DNA of 64,000 bases from Bdellovibrionales bacterium (lineage in GTDB: Bacteria; Bdellovibrionota; FAC87; UBA2466): contig SHZA01000001.1 in the NCBI GenBank assembly GCA_009692515.1, positions 9,824 through 73,823 of the forward strand, read 5' to 3'. This document shows positions 9,738 through 19,596 of this stretch, piece after piece. Positions within the stretch are counted from its first letter, which is position 1, and each line of letters starts with the position of its first letter. Under the pieces are notes generated by a model. That model searched no databases. It was not told the origin of the DNA and was given only the letters and a program-made list of their open reading frames with translations. The translations under genes and the position numbers were made by a program.

Positions 9738-12700
9738 ATGGCTATGATAAATGACATCAAAGATCTTCCTCTAGGTATTTCTGGTTTTACTTTTTCCGAT
9801 CTTTACAATCCATTGCGCCTTAAAGATCTCCATACAGAATTTTGGAGATACTGTGAAGAGACCGCCCCAGAAACGGTAAAAAGATTCAAAGCTCTAGATA
9901 CGAGCCCACCCAGCTATGCTGAAGAGGGCAATGCACTGATTGAAACGGCTAAATCGGTGGGTGAATTTATTGGCAAACTCTTTAATATTACTAGCCATAC
10001 CCAATTAGTAAAATCTGCAACTCAAGAACTACAGCCTACATTTAAATTCAAAAAAGATTTTTTAAATATTCGAGTCTTTAAAAGATTGAATGAAAGCCCC
10101 TGCTCTCAAGAAACGTGGAAAACCCTCGATACCTTAATCAAAAAGGTAATTGCACAAGCTCCACCGCAAAGCAATAAAGACGAGGAGATTATTTTTGCAG
10201 AAATTGTTCTCTTTCTATTAGATGCAGAGAAACAATTAAAGCTTGGCACCTTAGAAACCTCAGATCAAAACCGTATTCAAACTCTATGCATGTATTTTTC
10301 AGGTTCCAATCCCAGCGAAAAGGTAACTGCCGCACTCAGAGTTTTTGAGGATTGGTGTGTTCAAGTAGCCATTAGCCCGCAGCGAAGAAAGAAAATTTCT
10401 AATTGGGGATCCTATGTAAGAGCTCAAAAAATTGATTTCGAAAACTTAGTAGACACTATTAGTCCCAAGGATGCACTTCCAGAAATGAAGTATGGGCCAG
10501 AGGAACACTTACGTCATCGCCAAGGATTTAAACTTACCGACGCCAGAATGACTACCAAAGAATATTTGCGAGAGATAGATTACTGCATATTTTGTCACGA
10601 GCGAAAAAAAGATTCTTGCGCTAAAGGTTTCGAAGAAAAAGAGGGGGGCTACAAAAAAAACCCACTAGGAATTCCTTTGGCAGGCTGTCCCCTTGACGAG
10701 CGAATTTCAGAGATGCACGTTTTGCGACGAGAGGGTGAGCTGATCGGTGCTCTTTCTATGATCATGCTTGATAATCCTATGTGTCCTGGTACGGGACACC
10801 GGATCTGTAATGATTGCATGAAGGGATGTATTTTTCAAAAACAGGATCCCGTTAATATTCCCCAAACAGAAACCGGAACCTTAACCGATGTGCTTAATCT
10901 TCCATTCGGTTTTGAAATTTATAGTTTACTCACTCGATGGAATCCTATTAATCGAAAGCGTCCCTATGCCCTCCCCTATAACGGGAAAAATATTCTCGTT
11001 GTGGGCTTAGGACCTGCCGGCTATACCGCCGCTCATTACTTTGCCAATGAAGGATTTGGCGTAGTCGGAATTGATGCTTTAAAACTAGAACCGGTAGATC
11101 CCACTCTCACCGGGAAAGGAAGACCATTCCCCAAACCTCTACAGCAATTTTCAGAATTAAAAAAGGAATTAGACGAGAGATTTCTTATGGGGTTTGGAGG
11201 GGTTTCAGAATATGGAATCACTGTCCGATGGGATAAAAACTTTTTATCTGTAATTTACTTAACTCTTCTTCGTCGTCAAAACATTAGATTTTATGGTGGA
11301 GTTCGATTTGGTGGCACTCTAAATTTAGAAGATGCGTGGGAATTGGGCTTTCATCATGTGGCAATCGCTACGGGCGCTGGCAGACCTACGATTATCGACA
11401 TGAAAAATAATTTAATTCGAGGAATTAGAAAAGCATCAGATTTTTTGATGGCGCTACAACTCACAGGAGCCTTTAAGAAAGCCTCAATGGCGAATTTACA
11501 GGTCCGGTTGCCAGCCATTGTTATTGGAGGCGGCCTCACCGCTATCGATACGGCTACTGAACTACTTGCTTACTATCCACTGCAAGTAGAAAAGGCACTG
11601 GAGCGTTTCGAAACTCTATGTCGTCAGGGTGGCGAAGAGGTGACTTGGTCGATGTGCGATCCCGAGGAGAAGGAGATTTTAGCCACCTTTATCGAGCATG
11701 GAAAAGCGGTGCGAGAGGAACGAAGTAAAGCAACAAAAGAAAAGCGAGTACCCAATTTCATTACTCTTTGTCGAGAATGGGGCGGAGTCTCTATTGCTTA
11801 TCGTAAAAAGATATCAGATTCCCCAGCCTATCGTTTGAATCATGAGGAGGTTGAAAAAGCACTTGAGGAGGGCATCGGATTTATTGAAAACATGAGTCCA
11901 CTAGAAGCCCTCAAAGATAAGTTTGGTTCTGTTGACGCCTTAATTTTCAAACGAGGTAATGGTGAAACGGTTACCTTACCTGCGAAGTCGGTAATAGTAG
12001 CTGCAGGGACAAGTCCTAATACTATTTATGAAAGAGAGTTTCCTGGCACCTTTAAAATGGACGAGAAAAGAAACTTCTTTAAAAAGTATCAGGCCATTAA
12101 GAGTAAAACTGGTTGGTCACTAAAAGAATCTAAAGATGGCGAGAAAAACGGTTTCTTTTTATCCTACGAAAAAGAGGGGAAGTTCGTTTCCTTTTACGGC
12201 GATAATCATCCCGATTACGCAGGTAATGTCGTAAAAGCCATGGCCTCTGCCAAACATGGAACTGAGGTAGTGGCCAAACTTTTTAAAAATGATATTCTGC
12301 TAGCAGATAAAACCCCACAAGATCCTATAAAATTTAATCAACTAGTAAAACACCTAGATGAAACTTTAATTCCCAGAATCGTCAAAGTGATTCGTCTCAC
12401 CGATACGATCGTAGAGGTCATCGTTAAAGGTCATTATGCTGCGACACGATTTGAACCAGGTCAGTTTTATCGTTTTCAGAACTATGAAACTACAGCTCAC
12501 ACGATTGATGGTGCTCGACTGACTATGGAGGGCATTGCGCTTACCGGAGCTTGGGTCGATAAGGAAAAGGATCTTTTAAGTCTGATAGTTCTTGAGATGG
12601 GGGGCAGCTCTAAACTGTGCGCCATTTTAAAACCTGGCGAACCTGTGGTGGTAATGGGGCCTACAGGAGCTCCGAGTGAGATTCCTGAGAATGAAACTGT

Positions 12701-13343
12701 TCTTCTAGCTGGAGGCGGATTAGGAAATGCCGTTCTGTTAAGTATCTCTAGAGCCTTAAAGGCTAGAAACTGCAAAGTGCTCTACTTTGCGGGCTACAAA
12801 AATAGTTCCGATCTTTTTTATCAAACTGAAATTGAGCAGGCCACAGATCAAATGATTTGGGCAACGGATAGTGGCACTGCCATCAAAACTAATCGTCCTC
12901 AAGATCGTTCCTTTGTGGGTAATATTCTAAAGGCCATGGAGGCCTATGGCAAAGGTGAGTTAGGGGGAGCTCCTATGATTCCCCTAAATATGGTCGATAG
13001 AATATTTGCTATCGGTTCCGACAGAATGATGGCAGCTGTAGGCGCCGCAAGACATGGCGTTTTAAAACCCTACTTCAACGATAATCATATCGCTCTTGCC
13101 TCTGTGAACTCCTCTATGCAATGCATGATGAAGGAGGTTTGTGCTCAGTGCTTACAAAGGCACGTGGATCCTGTGACAGGTAAGGAGTCATTTGTATTTT
13201 CCTGTTATAATCAGGACCAAGAGATCGATAAAGTAGATTTCAAGAATCTTAATGAACGATTAAAAACGAATAGTTTACTTGAAAAGTTATCAAGTCGTTA
13301 TTTAGACCACTTATTAAAAAAAGGCTCAATTGAAAAGGTTTGA
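9738..13343 (+). CDS. Large Fe-S flavoprotein: GltD/NfnB-like domain fused to an FNR/PyrK (NfnA-like) domain
   Basis: CIFCH..DSC..GCP and CPGTG.RICNDCMKGC Fe-S ligands; VVGLGPAG and VIGGGLTAID; C-terminal GPTG, AGGGLGNA, MQCMMKEVCAQC. Confidence 0.85.
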   Translation: MAMINDIKDLPLGISGFTFSDLYNPLRLKDLHTEFWRYCEETAPETVKRFKALDTSPPSYAEEGNALIETAKSVGEFIGKLFNITSHTQLVKSATQELQPTFKFKKDFLNIRVFKRLNESPCSQETWKTLDTLIKKVIAQAPPQSNKDEEIIFAEIVLFLLDAEKQLKLGTLETSDQNRIQTLCMYFSGSNPSEKVTAALRVFEDWCVQVAISPQRRKKISNWGSYVRAQKIDFENLVDTISPKDALPEMKYGPEEHLRHRQGFKLTDARMTTKEYLREIDYCIFCHERKKDSCAKGFEEKEGGYKKNPLGIPLAGCPLDERISEMHVLRREGELIGALSMIMLDNPMCPGTGHRICNDCMKGCIFQKQDPVNIPQTETGTLTDVLNLPFGFEIYSLLTRWNPINRKRPYALPYNGKNILVVGLGPAGYTAAHYFANEGFGVVGIDALKLEPVDPTLTGKGRPFPKPLQQFSELKKELDERFLMGFGGVSEYGITVRWDKNFLSVIYLTLLRRQNIRFYGGVRFGGTLNLEDAWELGFHHVAIATGAGRPTIIDMKNNLIRGIRKASDFLMALQLTGAFKKASMANLQVRLPAIVIGGGLTAIDTATELLAYYPLQVEKALERFETLCRQGGEEVTWSMCDPEEKEILATFIEHGKAVREERSKATKEKRVPNFITLCREWGGVSIAYRKKISDSPAYRLNHEEVEKALEEGIGFIENMSPLEALKDKFGSVDALIFKRGNGETVTLPAKSVIVAAGTSPNTIYEREFPGTFKMDEKRNFFKKYQAIKSKTGWSLKESKDGEKNGFFLSYEKEGKFVSFYGDNHPDYAGNVVKAMASAKHGTEVVAKLFKNDILLADKTPQDPIKFNQLVKHLDETLIPRIVKVIRLTDTIVEVIVKGHYAATRFEPGQFYRFQNYETTAHTIDGARLTMEGIALTGAWVDKEKDLLSLIVLEMGGSSKLCAILKPGEPVVVMGPTGAPSEIPENETVLLAGGGLGNAVLLSISRALKARNCKVLYFAGYKNSSDLFYQTEIEQATDQMIWATDSGTAIKTNRPQDRSFVGNILKAMEAYGKGELGGAPMIPLNMVDRIFAIGSDRMMAAVGAARHGVLKPYFNDNHIALASVNSSMQCMMKEVCAQCLQRHVDPVTGKESFVFSCYNQDQEIDKVDFKNLNERLKTNSLLEKLSSRYLDHLLKKGSIEKV

Positions 13344-13357
13344 TTAAATTGAGTGCG

Positions 13358-14014
13358 TTACTTTAATTTCGGCCAGGCCCATTCCATACAAAAACCGGCG
13401 TTATTATAGGCCACACAGACATCATAACAACCACAGGCTCTAATCACTCGACTGACCAGATGTTGACAGGTATTGACCAGACTATAAAGCCCGGTGATTT
13501 CTCCTAACTGAATTTTATCCTCTACACAATTGACATCGCAACCGGGTAAAGAATGGCACTTAGCCCTGTTATTTTCACCAAGTCCGGTATGATCCTGCCA
13601 TTGGGTCACAGGAGAAAACTTCACCTTCGTTCCCATTCCAGCCTCTTTATGAGGTGTTCTTATCCAAGCATGTTTTAAATCTAAACCATGTGAAGCCGCA
13701 TCAAGCCCTATTCCAAAAAAACCGGCAAACTCTTCATACCGTGTAGGGGCCGAACAGACCTCTACCGAGCTAAGATAAGGAAATAAAATCTCCTCATGAC
13801 ACATCCCTAAATCGGCTCTCAATAAACGCCTTAAAGTTAAAGGGAATCGAGGCACCGACTCACAACAAAAGATGGGATCTTTTTCACATCTTACCGACCT
13901 CATAAAAATTCTATTGCCCTTAAGAAAGGTGCAACAAGCGATTGGAGATGCAAAAAGGGAGGTGGTTTCAAGAACCACGATAAGAAGAGCCGGCCACAAA
14001 TACTTAAAGTTCAT
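13358..14014 (-). CDS. Exported Cys-rich hypothetical protein, possible papain-like (His...Cys) domain
   Basis: Signal peptide MNFKYLWPALLIVV; KHAWI and YSLVNTCQHLV motifs. Confidence 0.6.
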   Translation of the reverse strand: MNFKYLWPALLIVVLETTSLFASPIACCTFLKGNRIFMRSVRCEKDPIFCCESVPRFPLTLRRLLRADLGMCHEEILFPYLSSVEVCSAPTRYEEFAGFFGIGLDAASHGLDLKHAWIRTPHKEAGMGTKVKFSPVTQWQDHTGLGENNRAKCHSLPGCDVNCVEDKIQLGEITGLYSLVNTCQHLVSRVIRACGCYDVCVAYNNAGFCMEWAWPKLK

Positions 14015-14190
14015 AATTTTCTCAAACTGGAGATAACCGAAAACACAAATAAAGTCCATCTACAAACATAAATTCTTTACCCATTCTTTTATAAATTTTA
14101 GCGGCTAGATTTAACCCGATCGTCAAAAGTTTATACACAAAAGACCTATTAAATTTTAACTACTTGTCGGTTTTGAATAGGAAAAAAGGT

Positions 14191-14206
14191 TGGACCACTC
14201 ATTGCA
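14191..14206 (+). promoter_or_regulatory. Possible sigma54 -24/-12 site upstream of the M4 protease
   Basis: TGGACCACTCATTGCA = GG-N10-GC with TTGCA; the -24 box deviates from TGGCAC. Confidence 0.4.
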
Positions 14207-14301
14207 AATTGTGGGCTGTAGGTAATAGGTGGCTTAATACGTTTTATAACCCAGTTTCATTTATAGACACAGAAACTTAACTCTAAACATCTCTACTTTT
14301 T

Positions 14302-17001
14302 ATGCTCAATCATTTTTCTAAATCAAACTGGCTTTTAACTCTCTCTTTTTTATTACTAGGATTTCAATCGGCTCGGGCAGAAAAAGGTTCCAAACTCAGA
14401 CCCTATCGGGCTCATAATTTCAAAAGCACAGAGAATTCTCTTTCGAGTCCTAACCCTTCTCAGACTTTAAATAATACCATTGAAAAACTTAAAAAACAGA
14501 TGACCTTATCTAGTGATGATCAATTAGTCCCTTCCAGAAATGGACTGAAAAAACCAGGGTTTCGGCATTCTAAAATGAATCAACACTACAAAAACATTCC
14601 TGTTTTTGGAGCTGAAGTTATTCTTAATGAAACTCTAAGTTCTAATAATGTCACAGCAAATATTATTAAAGGATTGGATAGGCTTGATATTAATACCGAC
14701 CCCAAGATCACCGCTAATGAAGCCTTTAGATTCGCCACCGATGATTACAACGATAATGAAGGGGCCATAATTCCAAGCACCTTAAAAACAGTAGTTCTTG
14801 AACTGCTTCCAAAGGACGATGGCGTGTCTTTGGTTTGGCACCTACTCATTTTAACAGAGGCTCATCAAGACAGTCATAGTAATACAAAGGGTCCAGGAAG
14901 ATGGCACTATTTTGTAAGTGCCGAAGATGGATCTGTGGATAAAAAGTTTAATGCTAATGATACTCTTTCACAGGCCAGTGGTCCTGGTGGAAATGCAATA
15001 TATACTCATAGCTGGGTTAACCAACTCGATGTTGAACCGATGGAAACCGGAAGTTCAACCTACAAAGCTAAAACAACTCGTTTGGCCACTTACGATATGG
15101 CAGGCTCCACAATTTCAGGAACTCTTGTAACAGGAATTCTTTCGTTATTTGGCACAGCAGCTAGCAACGAAGCGCATGGAAATGCCGAGATCACCTTGAA
15201 TATGTTATCGGAAATATTTGGATATAACTCTATAGACAATGCTGGATTTCCAATTAAAAGTTTTGTTAATTACGATTCCAATTACGCCAATGCCTTTTGG
15301 GACGGGGCTGAAATGGTCTATGGTGATGGAGGCACTACCTTTTATCCTCTTTCTGAAGCACTAGATGTCGTTTCTCACGAAATAAATCATGGTTTTACCG
15401 AACTACATTCTGCACTCACCTATGATGGCGAACCTGGAGGTATTAATGAATCTTTTTCCGACATCGCAGGAACTGCTGCAGAATTTTACTCCGATCCGTC
15501 CACTGCTAATTTTGATATCGCAGAACGTATTTTGAAAGCCTCAACGGGAAGGACCGCTTTGCGGTTTATGTGTAATCCCACAACCGATAATTTTTCAATT
15601 GATAACTTTGCTAATTACAAATCTACCACCGATGTTCATAGCTCTTCTGGCATTATGAATAAAGCTTTTTGCCGAACTGCAAAGAGATTCTCTAGCAACG
15701 GGAATCCAAATGGAAACGCAATTGGGGATTCGGTTTTACGAGTTGCGAAAATTTTTTACGAAGCCAATGATAACTATTGGCTATCAAGCTCAACTTTTCT
15801 ACAGGCCTGTGAAGGCACTCTTGATGCCGCCACGGCTCTTGGTTATTCATTAACTGAAATAGATTGGCTTAAGCAATCTTGGATCGATGTCGGTGTTGTT
15901 TGTACCTCTTCTTCCAATCTAAATGCCCCCACACTCCTAACCGCCACTCCACTTACTGGAACCTCCATTCGTCTTAACTGGGCAGATAATAGTACTAATG
16001 AAACCGGTTTTAAAATTGAAATGAAAATGGGCGCAGCAGCCTACTCCCTTTTGACGACGACAGCGGCCAATGCCGTCACCTACACCGCCACCGTAGCGGC
16101 TAATCAAACCTATTCCTTTCGTGTCATGGCCACCAACACTAATGGAGACTCTACCCTTTCAAATGAGGCCACTACCCAGACGTTAATCCCACAGGCCCCC
16201 ACACTCCTAACCGCCACCCCACTTACTGGAACCTCCATTCGTCTTAACTGGGCAGATAATAGTACTAATGAAACCGGTTTTAAAATTGAAATGAAAATGG
16301 GTGCAGCAGCCTACTCCCTTTTGACGACGACAGCGGCCAATGCCGTCACCTACACCGCCACCGTAGCGGCTAATCAAACCTATTCCTTTCGTGTCAGGGC
16401 CACCAACACTAATGGAGACTCTACCCTTTCAAATGAGGCCACTACCCAGACGTTAATCCCACAGGCCCCCTCAGTTCTAACCGCGACTAAACTTTCCGCA
16501 ACCTCTATTCGTTTGAATTGGAAAGATAATAGCTCTAATGAAACCGGTTTTAAAATTGAAATGAAAATGGGCGCAGCAGCCTACTCCCTTTTGACGACGA
16601 CAGCGGCCAATGCCGTCACCTACACCGCCACCGTAGCGGCTAATCAAACCTATTCCTTTCGTGTCAGGGCCACCAACGCTAATGGAGACTCTACCCTTTC
16701 AAATGAGGCCACTACCCAGACCTTAATCCCACAGGCCCCCACAGTTCTAACCGCGACTAAACTTTCCGCAACCTCTATTCGTTTGAATTGGAAAGATAAT
16801 AGCTCTAATGAAACCGGTTTTAAAATTGAACGTAAAATATTGGGCACACAGGCCTCTACTCAATTTGTTTTAGTGGGTTTCAATGTAACCACTATGACAA
16901 CAGTTCAAACAACTACAGTGCCCTATGTTTATCGAATTCGTTCTTTTAATAGTTTTGGAAATTCGAGCTACAGTAATGAGATCTCAACTACCTTAAAATA
17001 G
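14302..17001 (+). CDS. M4 (thermolysin-family) metalloprotease with FTP/PepSY propeptide and four C-terminal FN3 domains
   Basis: NAFWDG, HEINH zinc motif, GGINESFSD, DVH.SSG; FN3 repeats LNWADNS.NETGFKIE...YSFRV.A.N. Confidence 0.93.
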   Translation: MLNHFSKSNWLLTLSFLLLGFQSARAEKGSKLRPYRAHNFKSTENSLSSPNPSQTLNNTIEKLKKQMTLSSDDQLVPSRNGLKKPGFRHSKMNQHYKNIPVFGAEVILNETLSSNNVTANIIKGLDRLDINTDPKITANEAFRFATDDYNDNEGAIIPSTLKTVVLELLPKDDGVSLVWHLLILTEAHQDSHSNTKGPGRWHYFVSAEDGSVDKKFNANDTLSQASGPGGNAIYTHSWVNQLDVEPMETGSSTYKAKTTRLATYDMAGSTISGTLVTGILSLFGTAASNEAHGNAEITLNMLSEIFGYNSIDNAGFPIKSFVNYDSNYANAFWDGAEMVYGDGGTTFYPLSEALDVVSHEINHGFTELHSALTYDGEPGGINESFSDIAGTAAEFYSDPSTANFDIAERILKASTGRTALRFMCNPTTDNFSIDNFANYKSTTDVHSSSGIMNKAFCRTAKRFSSNGNPNGNAIGDSVLRVAKIFYEANDNYWLSSSTFLQACEGTLDAATALGYSLTEIDWLKQSWIDVGVVCTSSSNLNAPTLLTATPLTGTSIRLNWADNSTNETGFKIEMKMGAAAYSLLTTTAANAVTYTATVAANQTYSFRVMATNTNGDSTLSNEATTQTLIPQAPTLLTATPLTGTSIRLNWADNSTNETGFKIEMKMGAAAYSLLTTTAANAVTYTATVAANQTYSFRVRATNTNGDSTLSNEATTQTLIPQAPSVLTATKLSATSIRLNWKDNSSNETGFKIEMKMGAAAYSLLTTTAANAVTYTATVAANQTYSFRVRATNANGDSTLSNEATTQTLIPQAPTVLTATKLSATSIRLNWKDNSSNETGFKIERKILGTQASTQFVLVGFNVTTMTTVQTTTVPYVYRIRSFNSFGNSSYSNEISTTLK
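15925..16830 (+). repeat. 270-bp tandem repeat (about 3.3 near-identical copies) encoding FN3 domains
   Basis: Units begin near 15925, 16195, 16465 and 16735; long identical stretches such as atgaaaatggg(c/t)gcagcagcctactcccttttgacgacgacagcggcc. Confidence 0.95.
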
Positions 17002-17062
17002 ATCCCATTAGATTTGGATCATGTCCTGAAGCCTTAAAAGAATTCTGAATTTCTAGAAATAA

Positions 17063-17431
17063 TTATGGAGTTACCTCTATAAAAACCTTGCGGCATACCT
17101 TCCCAGGCCCATCTACAATATTCTGGCACCTTTGTAATTTTGGGCAGACATCACCCTTTTCTTTGCAAGGAATTTCGCATGAGGTAAACGGGGGAATACT
17201 GGGTCCCGCTATTCCATAATACTTTATGCAGCTGAGACCCTTATCACAAACACTCAAATGACAGGGTTCTCCTTGAAGACCCATTTTTTGTTTAAATTTA
17301 GAGCTTTCTACTTTGTTTTGTTTCGGTGAAGAGGAAGGCGCATCTATTTTTTTCTGAATTAAGATCTCCTCAGAAAAAACGATTCCAGAATTCAGCAATA
17401 TATAGATCAAAAAATAAAATCTGTAGGTCAC
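17063..17431 (-). CDS. Small exported protein with an 8-Cys C-terminal domain
   Basis: Signal peptide; CHLSVC..GLSC..YYGIAG..TSCEIPC..C..C..DGPG.VC. Confidence 0.7.
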   Translation of the reverse strand: MTYRFYFLIYILLNSGIVFSEEILIQKKIDAPSSSPKQNKVESSKFKQKMGLQGEPCHLSVCDKGLSCIKYYGIAGPSIPPFTSCEIPCKEKGDVCPKLQRCQNIVDGPGKVCRKVFIEVTP

Positions 17432-17470
17432 CTTTGATTTCCTTTCAAAACAGAATCACCTTTATCTAAT

Positions 17471-19417
17471 CTAGGGTACATCAAGACTTGGATTTTTATT
17501 AAAAAACCCTCCGGGTAACAATTTGAACCCTAAATGAGCTACCGGCATAATCGGCCATTCTTCAGGCCTCGGCACATGAGTAATTCCTACCGTATACCAG
17601 GTCACAATATCTTCATTGTTAATACTTTCATTATTTGCAACCCACTGTTTCAATCCATTTCCCAATTTATTTTGATTGATAAAATCTCCTGAAGAATAAA
17701 TTTCTTCTGGATGATACTGCGTTGTCCAAAAATGATAGTCCATAAATCCGGCACGTTTTCTCACGCCAGATTCGGGTTGAGCGTAAGCGATTGTATTTTC
17801 CTCTGGTAGAACAATAAAGCCTGGATGATAACCGAGCGCCGTAGTGATATTAGGATTAATGATCTTCCATTTCCTGGCCTCCTCTAGACTCATCAAACGA
17901 CAAGAATCTTTTTCGGTTTCAAAGTTAACCTCCTCCATTTGAATCGCATTATTAAAGGGATTATTTTCCCCCTTTGGAGCACTTCGGGTATTTACCTCTA
18001 CTGTAGAGTTTTTAATTCCATCGACGTCAAAATCGAGTCGAAAACTAAAGAAATGTTGGTGATGGGGTGCCAGGACATTCGGCGCTACTAAATGCCCATA
18101 ATGGCCCTCAGTATGAGCAGAGGAATCATTAGCTGTTTTTAGGGCGACTCCCTTAGGTAACATGATACCTGTGAGATCCATCTCTTGCCGAATGCCACCG
18201 TCTTGCGAAAAAATCCACTTAAATGCGTAATCATAATTACCAATCGCAGCGACAAAGGAAATAACCAATTCTCGTCCCCATCTTGCTTCATTCTTATTTG
18301 AATAAATATCCCAATGTTTCCAAAGCAATCCGCTATCGCGTTCATAAAGAGCCACTACATTTTTAGACTCATAGGGCTTGCCAAAATCATCACTGAAAAC
18401 AGCACTAAGTAGCTCGGCATTATGAGGCGCATCTTTTCCCACCTGTAAAGGAGCTGCTAGTCTTCCAATGCCATACTCGCCCGCATCAAATGCATTTCTC
18501 CATGCCCAATTACTATCGGGATCCCCATAGGGAACTACCATTTCAGAAACTGAGGCTCGATATAAAATAGAACGTAATTTTCCTTTGTCTTCATAACCAA
18601 TGTCATAAAGAACCAACCCTTCTCTTGGGTGTAACGCCCAACGAAATCGCCATTTTTGCCAGGAAATTTCATTTCCATTTTTTTTAAAACTTGCACCTTT
18701 AGGCTGTGAAACAATAAGGGGCTTTAAATCTTTTCTAGTCGGTGCTTGTGTTACGACGTCAAATTGCTCAGATTTTTCAGCAATGGGAACCACTCCCGTA
18801 TCCACCACCTCAACCACCTTTTCTTGATTCATATCAACTAAAACGATCACCCCTTCTATGGGTCGACCATAAAAGTTCATGTCCTTTTCTTTTAAGTAGG
18901 AAATACCCCTGAGAAGTCTCTGCCCCCCATCAAAATTTTTATTAATCAAATGCCCTGCGGCCCAAGTATCTACCTGTACTTTGCTGAAATCGGTAATCCC
19001 TCTTTTTTTCATTGCCTCTTGCCATAAAATATCCTTTTTTACGATTAGGGAAACCTTGTCATATTCTTCAATCAGCACCATTGGCTGAACATTTTTTTCC
19101 TCCTGCCAAAACTTAAGATGATCTGTTTTTAGATCACAAATCGCTTTAAATGTTTTGTTTTTTTTCCGATCTAAAACCCAAATTAAAGATTCTCGAGTGA
19201 ATGACTTTCCTATTTTAAATGATTTTATTTCTTCTTTAGAAGGTTCGGAAAGCACGATCAGTGGAAACATGCCCGCAGATGGAAATTGTGCCGATTTTTT
19301 TACACAGTTAGCCGCCTGTGCAATCTCTTTTTTGCTTAAGGGATCTAAAGGGTGAGTGGCACCATATAAAGGCAATACTATAAAAAAACTTAGAACTATC
19401 GTTTGGCAAATTTTCAT
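17471..19417 (-). CDS. tynA: Copper-containing primary amine oxidase (periplasmic)
   Basis: HPLDPL N-terminus, NYDY topaquinone motif, HQH copper ligands, HVPRPEEWPIMP; signal peptide. Confidence 0.93.
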   Translation of the reverse strand: MKICQTIVLSFFIVLPLYGATHPLDPLSKKEIAQAANCVKKSAQFPSAGMFPLIVLSEPSKEEIKSFKIGKSFTRESLIWVLDRKKNKTFKAICDLKTDHLKFWQEEKNVQPMVLIEEYDKVSLIVKKDILWQEAMKKRGITDFSKVQVDTWAAGHLINKNFDGGQRLLRGISYLKEKDMNFYGRPIEGVIVLVDMNQEKVVEVVDTGVVPIAEKSEQFDVVTQAPTRKDLKPLIVSQPKGASFKKNGNEISWQKWRFRWALHPREGLVLYDIGYEDKGKLRSILYRASVSEMVVPYGDPDSNWAWRNAFDAGEYGIGRLAAPLQVGKDAPHNAELLSAVFSDDFGKPYESKNVVALYERDSGLLWKHWDIYSNKNEARWGRELVISFVAAIGNYDYAFKWIFSQDGGIRQEMDLTGIMLPKGVALKTANDSSAHTEGHYGHLVAPNVLAPHHQHFFSFRLDFDVDGIKNSTVEVNTRSAPKGENNPFNNAIQMEEVNFETEKDSCRLMSLEEARKWKIINPNITTALGYHPGFIVLPEENTIAYAQPESGVRKRAGFMDYHFWTTQYHPEEIYSSGDFINQNKLGNGLKQWVANNESINNEDIVTWYTVGITHVPRPEEWPIMPVAHLGFKLLPGGFFNKNPSLDVP

Positions 19418-19596
19418 CAAGACCCTTTTCTTAGAGAATGATAAGAAAACTACAGATTCTAATTTGATTTTTCAAATACAGAATATTGATTTTTAGTTAA
19501 TGCGTAGCAACATACGCTATAATATCTAAACTTCCTTTACCAACCTCTTTTCGAATGTTGAAATAATTATAACTTTAAAAAGATAAAGGCTAGCCA

